Under the pieces are notes generated by a model. It was not told where the DNA came from and searched no databases. It was given only the letters and a program-made list of their open reading frames with translations. Position numbers and translations under genes: made by a program. Positions 51,853 through 61,500 of a stretch of 64,000 nucleotides of DNA are shown piece by piece. How positions within the stretch are numbered: position 1 is the stretch's first letter; each line of letters starts with the position of its first letter. This stretch comes from Convolutriloba macropyga (Eukaryota): contig NC_134468.1 of assembly GCF_964194025.1 (NCBI RefSeq), forward strand, positions 71,982,001-72,046,000, in the 5' to 3' direction.

Positions 51853-51940
51853 TACTGTCAGAAAGACGGGTTGGCAATGGGTGCGTCCTTGACAGTGATT
51901 TTGGCTAACCTTTGGATGAAATCGTGGGAGCCACAATGAA
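51853..51940 (+). mobile_element. Small fragment of a second Penelope-like RT (motif B' region)
   Basis: Translates YCQKDGLAMGASLTVILANLWMKSWE, homologous to YTQSGGSAMGASLAVILTNLWMKSFE of the element at ~55800. Confidence 0.75.
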
Positions 51941-52083
51941 ATTCCAGACATCTCTCTGAAGTGTGATTGTCTGGGCTCGCAAACCCTTGCAAAACTATCT
52001 TGACTTTGAAAAAACTTTAGACAAAGTTTATTGAGAAAAACTGCTCAAGGAACTCAGGAACTGCGGAGTTAACGGAGACAGAG

Positions 52084-53616
52084 TGGAACCTATCCTAGTG
52101 CCTTGGAACCTATCCTAGTGCATGGAAAATAGGAGCAGTTAGCCCAATTTTCAAGAAAAAAGGATCGAAAGCAGATGTTGTAAATTATCGTCCTGTAACA
52201 CTATTATGCATTGTCTCGAAAGTTCTAGAAAGATTGTTGTATGGCTCAATTGTAAATTTTTTCAAAGGACTCATAACTGACTCACAGTACGGTTTTCGTG
52301 AAAGAAGATCAGTTATTCTTCAAATGATAACCTACTTAGATAAGATATACAAATTCTGTTCTGAGAACAATCGAGAAAATAGCTCTCTTCTCTTTGACTT
52401 TTCCAAAGCTTTCGACCAAATTGATCATGGAATACTTTTGCGTAAGATCAATTGCATTGGAATAGGTGGCAAGCTGTTCGAGATTTTAAAGAGTTACCTG
52501 AGCGACAGACTGCAATACGTGAAAATTGGAAATCTAAAATCGAAGAATTCGCCGGTCACCTCGGGTGTACCTCAGGGCTCAATACTTGGTCCCCTACTTT
52601 TTCTTATTTTCATTAATGACTTACCTGAAACTGTTTTCAACTCCAAAGTCTTTCTTTTTGCTGACGATCTCAAATTATTATAAAATGAAAATCTTGGAAA
52701 CGCACACGGAATCAAACAAGATCTAGATTCAATATTGCGTTGGAGTTACGAATATAACATCAGCTTCAATTTATCGAAATGTCAGTACATAACTTTCAAT
52801 ATCAAGTTGAGATTAAGTCCGGTTTTGGGTCAATGGTCGCTGGAACAATCGAGAACTGTGGAGGACCTTGGTATCACTATGAACGACAGCCTCACTTGGA
52901 AGGAACATGTAGAATTGCGGACTCGTAAAGCCAACAAATTCTTCCACCAAATTAAAAGAAACACATCATATCTCCTGACGGTTACTGCAAAACTAAATCT
53001 TTATAAGAGTACGCTTATTCCAATCTTAATCTATGGATCTAACTGTTATATGCCTTCAAAATCTGACATGCGACTCCTTGAAAAATCTCAAGAAAAAGTT
53101 TCGAAATGGATCCTACCGAACCTTGATTATTGCGAACGACTGAGATCCCTGAACTTATTACCTCTCAACTATTACATTGTGCTAACAGATCTTCTATTGC
53201 TATCGAAATTGGTGAACAATTATTATGCGTTCAACATCAGCGAGCATATTAATATTGTGCAAAGACGGTCAAGTTTTCGGTTTGTGTTGCCTGAAATCAA
53301 AAAAGAATTTCAGCGGTCAAATTTTTTCTATCGAACCACATATAGAGGAAATATCATTGATTCAAATGGTAATTTCTTTCAACCAGTCGGACTCAAAAAT
53401 CGAATCTTAAACTTGATGTGGAAGTACTATAATATTTATTTCAGCATCGAAAATTCTTGTTCCATAACATTTATCTGTCTCTGCGAAAAATGTCGGTCCT
53501 CAAACGAAATAAACTTAACAAACAAACTTAAACTGGTATGATTCATCTATTTATATAATTTTTGCGGGAGCAGTCCCTCACGTTTGTGGAAGCCATAATA
53601 ATAATAATAATAATAA
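52084..53616 (+). mobile_element. 5'-truncated, young CR1/L2-group LINE (RT and C-terminus) with (TAA)n tail
   Basis: One frame 52105-53541 with a single TAA at 52681, containing [44 protein letters not shown] and a terminal CLCEKC. A short 3' UTR is followed by ~7 TAA repeats. Confidence 0.93.
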
Positions 53617-54188
53617 CAGAATACAGGAGACCGTCTCATGAAGATTTGTTTACTTCTATTTCGGCGAACTGCAAGTCCTCCTGGTATCCATAGATATCAT
53701 CAAAAGCAGATATTAAATCTAATTGGTAGATCTTGTGCAAATCAACGGTTAAAATCCACATAAAACACGTACTGGAAAAACGAAAACACTTAAGACGCGA
53801 GTTTTAACGAAACAAAAACAGGAGAGCGATTTCTTGACGGTAGGAGTATAATTAGCGAATCTGATAGGCAAGGCTCTGGGCAAAGATATGGAGGAAATGA
53901 AAATCGGGAAACGGAAAGTCACATGACTTTTTCGACAAGAGCTTCAAAAACGATAATTTTCTGGACTGCAATGATAAAGTGATCTGTATATGGAAGCTGT
54001 TATGCCTCTGTCAAAAGTGTCGAAATACCCCAAAACCCAAATTGAGCCCTAGAATCAATGCAACTTGAGACTAACCTCCCCTGGTGCCAAGAGTAATTTC
54101 CCTGGTCTCAAGAGGATTTGAATCAAGAAAGAATAGGTTGTGACAAAACATTGAATTTCAACGTTAATGCAGAACTGCACTTATACAT

Positions 54189-54612
54189 GATGCAGAGAAG
54201 TAATTGTCAATTAAAACTTAAATTGATTAACTAAAACGAACGTTTTCGAACATTGCGTTCATCGTCAGGTTAAAAAAATTAAATGAAATCATTTACAAAG
54301 TATAGAAACTTGTCTTTGACTATAATTCAAAGAAATGAGTTGAAATAACATCGAATTTTTGAAATTATTTACAGTTAAAACCACATTTACAACATTTTAT
54401 TTACACATATTACACTAAAATCAATTCATTTTTTATTCCGTATTTTATGAAAATCCCGGGTATAATGCTTTCTATTCCTGAAAAGGGATTTCTACTTTCA
54501 ATCGTTTGTTTTTATTTTTTACTTTTTGGGGTTGGCAAAACTTCGAATTAACATATACCAGAATATTTTTTGAATTTCAAAAGTCAAATTTTTGTATTTG
54601 AAATAGTTTTCA
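54189..54612 (-). repeat. 3' pseudo-LTR of the Penelope-like element
   Basis: ~420-bp direct repeat of 57925-58350, starting GATGCAGAGAAGTAATTGTCAATT on the plus strand. Confidence 0.92.
54233..54272 (-). ncRNA. Minimal type I hammerhead ribozyme (3' pLTR copy)
   Basis: Minus strand AAC-CTGACGA-T-GAAC-GCAAT-GTTC-GAAA-ACGT-TC-GTT: conserved cores, helix II GAAC/GTTC, palindromic helix III, UC cleavage site, helix I AAC/GTT. Confidence 0.85.
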
Positions 54613-55585
54613 ATGTCAATTCCCCCCCCCCCCCCGATACTCATCGCGCGTATTTAATTGCGGTTTCAGCTTTTTGATGTAGATCGCTTCTACCGTCATT
54701 AGTTTTTCAACCCCGCGACATGCATCAAGAATCTCACATTTTACGTTATGCGTTGTACCACAACATTCAACAAGGTGTTGTCCAACAGGGGAGTCCTTGT
54801 TTTGATGCTTATAAATTCTAGCGGTAACATGTCGGCTGGTTTGGCCAACATAGATGGAACTGAATCCTTTACATGTAACTTTATATACCACCTGGGATAT
54901 CAGATTCTTATCAAAAGGTGATTTCAGGGTGGGCAAGAAAGTTCTTAGCTTTCTTGTTGTGAAAAGGATTTGCATATCACACAATGTTCTCAGTCTACTT
55001 GCAAAATTTGCATGATATTTCCTCTGTAATGAACAAAAAACCTAGGTTTAAGCTCCCTATTGTTAAGACTTTTAATTTTTTTAAAATGTTGTTCATTTTG
55101 GGGTGGTTTTGCTGTGACCTTTTCCTTCGTGACTATTTTATCCAACGTTTCATCAACAATACTGGAAGACCACTCCGTTGGGTATTGATTTTCAGTCCAG
55201 ATCTCTTGATTTTTCTTGAGAGCTACATCAAAAGATTGCCAGTCACTGGTCGCATTAACAATCCTGTGCACAGTCCCTTGAATCACATTTCTCTTATGTT
55301 TCAACGGTGCACTGCTACGGAAATTTAGGATTATGCCGGTCTGAATTGATTTTTGATACCAATGACAGCTGGTTTTTCTATCTTTGTTTAGGTTTATGTT
55401 TAGATCTAGGAATGCCAGGTCTCCACGCCCGTTTGGTGGTTCAAGAGTGAATTGTAAGTTCTTGTGAAGAGAATTTGCATACTCAAGGTAATCTAGAGGG
55501 CTCCCCTTTACCGTGCACACTATGTCATCCACATACCTCTTGAATAATTTCAATTCTATTGTGTCCTCTTTTCTACCTTTTCTGC

Positions 55586-55732
55586 ACAATACGAACAGAT
55601 CCAAACAATTTCCTGCATGGTCTGATATTCTGTGTCAGTGATACCTTGGCATTTCACATGAAACCATTTTTTGCATGATTTCTACTCAACTTCTTTCCCT
55701 CGGAAAGTATCGCGTCGGTTACAGTCAATGCA
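55586..55732 (-). other. PHD-type zinc finger coding segment inside the Penelope RT
   Basis: CIDC-NRRDTFRGKEVE-*KSC-KKWFH-VKC-QGITDTEYQTMQEIV-WICSYC matches C4HC3 spacing with the conserved W; the third Cys is replaced by TAG at 55682-55684. Not present in the ORF track. Confidence 0.85.
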
Positions 55733-57924
55733 TATCACCTTCTGTCAGGAGTTTTGATCTCCCTTCCTTTTTTTGGTTTCTGCAAAGATTTTTCAAAGGA
55801 TTTCATCCACAGATTTGTCAAAATTACCGCCAGCGAAGCACCCATTGCTGAACCGCCCGATTGAGTGTACCACATTTTATTACACTTAAAGTGAACTTTA
55901 GTTACGGCTAGTCTCAAAAGGCTAGTCTTCATAGCTGACCTCGGAATTTCCGGTACCTCGTCATTGGAGTCCAGTTCTTTCAGCGCAATTTCAATTGCCT
56001 CCTCAACCAGTACATTGGTGTATAAGCTTTTTATTTCAAGAGATATCCCTAGCTCATCTTCATCCAATTTGGTAGCCTCTGGAGCTGCTCTGTCATCTTT
56101 CGAGTTATTGTCAATATTTGCACCTGGTAACTTCCCGAAAAAAAGAGAGAGAAATTTTTTGACGTTCTCGTAACTGCTACCGGTCATTGACAGAAGAGGC
56201 CGAATCGGCGTACCAATTTTATGTACATTAGCAAGTCCAAAAAGTGTGGCCGGTTGCAATCCAGTTGTCCTGAGCCTGTGATAAATCTTTTCACATATCT
56301 TTCCCTGTTTCATTAATTGATGCAAACTGCTATTCATCAGTTTTTCCGTTCTTATTGTTAGATCATCATTTTCCCCATTACGACGCTCAAACTGACTGGA
56401 GCTCGGGATTTCATTTAGCTTATCCCAGTATGTTGTCTGTTTCATAACACAAAAACCGCAATCTTTATCAAAAGGTACAGCTAGTAGTTTTTGATTTTTC
56501 AAAAAATCCTTAGTTTTTTAATACCTCTATTCATTGGTGTCTCACGTACATTCTTGGCGTACCATTTGGCAGACAATTCTATTTCACATAACTTTTCACG
56601 ATCAGTTTTGTTCTCCCTTAACTCACAAATAATCTGTCTACATCCGCAAGGATGTGCACTTCATTAAATTTGTCCCTGACTGGATGCTTTGGACCTTACG
56701 ATAAAACGTGCAGGACCAATTTCGGCAGTTCAACAACGTCCAGCGTAACAACATTATAATGAGATCCATTCCACAACGGCTTGTCTTGTCTCTCAGACAG
56801 CTTGGCTAACTTGTCATTAAGTCTTTTACTAATCAATTCGGAATGATCTCTCATTTCAATTCTAATGCTGTACACAATTGAAGGTAACAGTTTTTTTTCA
56901 ATTTTTTTCCTGAAAATGCCCCTATCATCTCCAAATTTTTCCTCGAACAATCTACAGCCTTGTTCCGCATGACTTATTTCTTTCCTTAAGAGCTTAAGCT
57001 GAAAGCTGTGCACCGCTTGACCTGAAAAAACTTCGTTTTTGGGAATTCGGAACCTCAAAAAATCCGGAATGATTTCATTGTTATTACAGTTTTTCAAAAA
57101 ATCTAATCGATATTTACAGTTTAACAGTTTTTTGAAGATTTTAAATAGTTTAGTGAATGTTTTAAGCAGTTGCTTTGGTTGAGAATGTATCTGAGCTACG
57201 GTTGTTGTAAAATTTCGCACATCAAGGTCGCTCAAGGACAGGGGGCGATGAAGCCCTATTGTTCAGGAGCTACACTCTCGTTTTCTGCTCTTTCTACCAG
57301 TCTTACTTTTGCTCTCGCCTTTCTCTGTCCGAGATTCTTCCCTTTTCTTTTTTTGAGCAGAGCTTTCAGGTTTTCTTGGTGGCGCAGGACAATGTCCAAT
57401 GATTTGATCTCACGTGCCGGTTCCTGATGGAGCACTCTAGAGTCTCCTTGCTGTGTTTTCACCTTCCGTTTCGATATAAGGTGCTTTGTCACCCTCAGAA
57501 CCATTATCCCAGTGCTCATCAACTCTTTGAAAATATCAGGGGTTCCCGTGCGCTGACAGTATACCAGCGCCTTAAACTTGTTGTTATTCGATGTCAAGTA
57601 GTTTGTTAGCTCTTGTGCACTAGTTGGTCTGTCGGACCTTGTGCTCAATCTGCCCTTGACCCGAACATTCTGTGCGTTCTGCAACTAATTCTTTGTATTG
57701 GGGTTGAAAGAAAGTCCAGGAGTTCCTTGTTGTTAAAGTCCACTGTTGTTATTTTTGTCAGGAGTTCCTTCTCTTCACTGTAATGAACACCCTTTACCGC
57801 GTGATGGAATGAACTGGCTGCTAAAATATGAACCACCTGTCTGTAACATTTCACAAAATTTCTGAAATTTTGCATTCTGCTGCCTTTTCTGGGCCCGTTA
57901 AAAATCAAACTGACAATGATTAAA

Positions 57925-58350
57925 GATGCAGAGAAGTAATTGTCAATTAAAACTTAAATTGATTAACTAAAATGAGCGCTTTCGAACTTTCCGTTCATCG
58001 TCAGGTTTATGGAATTAAATGAAATCATTTACAAAGTATATAAACATTTATTTGACTATAATTCTAAGAAATGAGTTAAAATAACATCGAATTTTTTAAA
58101 TTATTTACAGTTAAAATCACATTTACAACATTTTATTTACACTTATTACACTAAAATCAATTCATTTTTTATTCCGGATTTTCTGAAAATCCCGGGTATA
58201 ATGCTTTCTATTCCTGAAGAGGGATTTTTACTTTCATTCCTATCTGTTTTTTTACTTTTTAGTGGTTGACAAAAGTTTGAATAAACTTGTACCAGAATAT
58301 ATTTTTTGAATTTCAAATGTCAAATTTTTGTATTTGAACTAGTACCTTAA
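57925..58350 (-). repeat. 5' pseudo-LTR of the Penelope-like element
   Basis: Direct repeat of 54189-54612. It begins with what look like the last codons of the endonuclease ORF (TTA AGG TAC TAG), as expected for a partial tandem copy. Confidence 0.92.
57968..58008 (-). ncRNA. Minimal type I hammerhead ribozyme (5' pLTR copy)
   Basis: Minus strand AAAC-CTGACGA-T-GAAC-GGAAA-GTTC-GAAA-GCGC-TC-ATTT. The first helix-I pair is a C/A mismatch. Confidence 0.8.
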
Positions 58351-58531
58351 TGCACTTATACAGTTGGCTGCCATTTTATTAATTTTGGTCGAAGTCACAA
58401 CAACCTGTCACTGTTGCTATCAATTGTAGGACGATTGAGTCATAATGTGAAACAAAAGTTATGTACATAGGCGATTACGTAAGTATTAAATCACTGCACT
58501 ATGAGTGGTCGAGCGACACCCAGGTACCACA

Positions 58532-61500
58532 TTTTCTCCCTTCGAGAAAGAAACTTAGGCTAATGAAATTTAGGGGATCGATCCTATATGAATGATTAAA
58601 GTAAGCAACGTAACGTATTGTAAATGAAATAAGTTTTGTTTTTTGAGTTTGCCGGCAACAGAAGGGCGATGAATTTCTGAATTCACTTGTCAGCAATCTA
58701 AAAAACATGTGGTTGTAGGTGACATTACGCCTCTGGCGTGTACATTGCGTTCACTTCGCCCCGGTTGTAATTTTGTTGAACATCGGGGGTAGTGCTGTGG
58801 CAATCTCGAATGTGTTTTCCCGAGAGGTAGGAGTGGCCGTGATCATGCTCTGCGTTGGTGAGGCTGGGGCCTGGGTAGTTGATGTTCCTGATGGTGAGAA
58901 CGAAGCGGTGCTTGTTCTCTTTGGTCTTTTGTGGGGAATGTCAGCGTTTCCGATGGGCTGTCGGAGACTTCCGTGGTATTGCCGAATTCTGTGTTATTGC
59001 TGAACCGTTTGGATTTTTTTGTCCTGTGAGCCGCGTGGTGTGGGTTTTTTTGTTGCATCCACTGTTGGTGTGTTCACTTTATGGGTCTATACAATTGCAA
59101 TTTCTTAACTGTCCTACCTGTCCTGGTAATCGTCTTGTTCATTTGCTGATTCTTGCGAGGAGATGGTCGAATAACTTCGCTTTTTTGGGAATCCTTTCTT
59201 CGGTGACATCTGGTAGCACTTTTCTGGAGGGATTCAATTTCGGTTTACTTTGGCGAGGTTGGATTCTGCGTTTTTGCCTGTGGTGGACGATTGGGTGTCT
59301 ATCTTCCGGATAGTTCGTTGGCCTATGAGTCTGTTTTTCTATTCCTGTGCGTGGGTCTCCATGCTGTTGATTACCTTGGCGTGTTGGTTGCGGACGGTCT
59401 CTCTGGCCTCGAAGTGAAGAAGGGGATTTGCCTTTGTTCGGATGTTCCAAATTTTGCAACACCAGACTTGTTGAGGACACTGTCTGGCTGACGCGGAACC
59501 TTAATAGTGAGCGTTGAATCCGTAGTTTTGATTAGTGAGGCTCCTCCGGGAATGGCATTATAAATGCCGTGTAATTGTTCTTTGCTCCTTGATGTGGCTA
59601 AGTTGTTGCGTGCAAGTTGTAGGCGTGGGCTGCTACGTGCAAGTGGTTGTTCAAAGGTAGCCGAGGGAAGCTTGATTGTCGTGGGTGCTTCACCTTTGTC
59701 TTCGTTTGCTTCTTGAGGCTTCCTGCGTTTGACTTCCTGAACTTCGGCGTCACTGTCCAGGTACTCCTGATACCACTTGTCTTCGCTGACCAGCTCTTCC
59801 TCGCCTATGATGTTGTCATCTAAAGAGTATTTTAAGGTATTTGACCAACTTCAGTTAATTTTGTTGGGTTTAGTGGTTACGTTTGTTAGTGCAATGCTAA
59901 TTTTTATGCCTTAGTAAGCTTCAAAAGGAGAGATCTTCAAAGTTTTTTTCTCTACATGTGCTTAGTCCATATGATATATTTTGTAGCGCATTTTTTATGT
60001 TGAGGGTTTCTGGTTTTGATTGAGTTTTATATACAACCTAGTCGTATTTTGACGGTTTGTATTAAACGTTCTACTGAGCCGTTTGGGCGATGGTCGTTGG
60101 CCGGCACGTATATAAGGTCATTATTGTTGTAATTGGCCGGCAAGTATATAATTTCAATATTTATTGTATTGTGTTGCCGCTCAAGCATCTGGCTTCATCT
60201 AACCTAACTTTAATGGGTACCCAGTGTTGCGCTACCTATTTGGTTGTTGTTTCTCCTATTCGTTGCAAGTTTAAGAGTTGGACTTAGACAATTGGTTATT
60301 ACACACTCTGAAGTATACTTCCCACCCTTGTCCATCAAATATTGGTCCGCTGAAGTTTAATTGAATTTCATCGTTTGATCCTGAACATGGCGGAAAGGGT
60401 GTCCATAGAGAACTCCCTGTTTTGCTTTTTGGGTTTTTACCGAAATCGGTACATGGCTGGCATTTCTTTTATTTGTTGATATAGTCACGATTTATGAACA
60501 GCCACCATAATCGTTGGTCCAACTCTATCATGCCCCACGCTTCAGGATATGTCGAACGGAGGACATCCATGACCAATCTTTTATAATGTAATGTATGGCG
60601 AGTCTGATGCGGATTAAGTTGCAACCAATGTTCACGCTGAGGTTCCTCCACTTGTCGTGTATTTGTTTGCTTAGACGTTTGCATCTTTTGTTAGTAGTTG
60701 CGTAAATTGGCAAAGGCGTGTTTAAAATCGTTCGCTGTGTGATTTGTTCATTGTGTGACGTCATTATTCATTGCTCTGTGGTCTTATCATTTGTTTGGTT
60801 GTTATTGGTTGTCTGAAATCTTGGGGCACTTCCAGGGTTACTAGTCTATTGGAGTCGTTGGACAACTCCAGGGGTTTTTGTCTATTGGTGGTGGAATCTC
60901 TTTAGTGATTTTTACTCTTTGTTGTTTGGTTTTTTATTTTGTGACTTTCTTGGTCTATCTTTTATTTGTACTATTTGTAGTGTTTCTCGTATAATATTTG
61001 TTTGCGCTATTTTTTGTCGTATGCGCTTGGAGGTTTGGCTGTTTTAGAGGGATTTCCTGATATGTAGTCGACTAAACCCATTTTTGTGAACGCAATGTGT
61101 TCAATGTTGAACTGGAATGGGATTATTCTATCGTTCCATTCGGTCAGGTGGCTTTGGTGGATTTTGCTTTTCCGTTCTTTGAGGATTGATAGTAGTGCTC
61201 TATGATTGGCTTGCACCGCGAATTGATGTTCTAGTAAATAATGTTTAAAGTGCTTTAGTGCCCATACGGCCCCTATGAGTTCCAGTTTGTTTATGTTATA
61301 TTTTTCTTCTGCTTTGTTCAGAAATTGTGAATTTCCCAACCATCACATGTTTCTTGTTCTAGGACTGCTCCTAGTCCTGCTCTTGAAGCTTCTGTTTTGA
61401 CACCTGGCTTCCGTTTTGTGTCGTAATGTGTGTGTTTTCTGTTAAAATCCTGATGCAGTTCTTAATAGTTTCGAAATGGGTTTGGTCGTGTTCTTTCCAT

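Larger units (their letters stand above)
54188..58350 (-). mobile_element. Full-length but frameshifted Penelope-like element (RT + C-terminal GIY-YIG) with pseudo-LTRs and 12-bp TSD
   Basis: N-terminal FLKNC..IIPDFLRF, DK(D)CGFCVM, HKIGTPIRP, SLYTNV, AMGASLA, RYVDD, AFLDL and GIY-YIG VVYKVTC...YVGQTSR...LN. Direct repeats at both ends. TGCACTTATACA at 54176-54187 and 58351-58362. Confidence 0.93.
51962..58531 (-). repeat. Gypsy 3' LTR split into three pieces (58531-58351, 54187-53617, ~52083-51962)
   Basis: Polypurine tract GAAGGGAGAAAA (58543-58532) is followed by TGTGGTACCTGGG. The putative far end reads TGTGATTGTCTGGG on the plus strand at 51962 (imperfect terminal IR). AATAAA on the minus strand at ~52033-52028. 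The distal end is inferred. Confidence 0.55.

Noticed and set aside
50655-52683. In-frame TAG (MATH) and TAA (LINE) at plausible Tyr positions, considered as a variant genetic code
   Set aside because: HADH and DRAM paralog 2 end normally at TAG and TAA and have no internal stops; single point mutations explain both cases.
55682-55684. Stop at a Cys position in the PHD, considered as selenocysteine recoding
   Set aside because: The codon is TAG, not TGA, and the element has many other lesions.
58719-59491. Overlapping ORFs on both strands downstream of the Gypsy integrase core, considered as env or an extra gene
   Set aside because: No signal peptide or TM pattern on the element's strand; best explained as a frameshifted low-complexity integrase tail and its antisense shadows.
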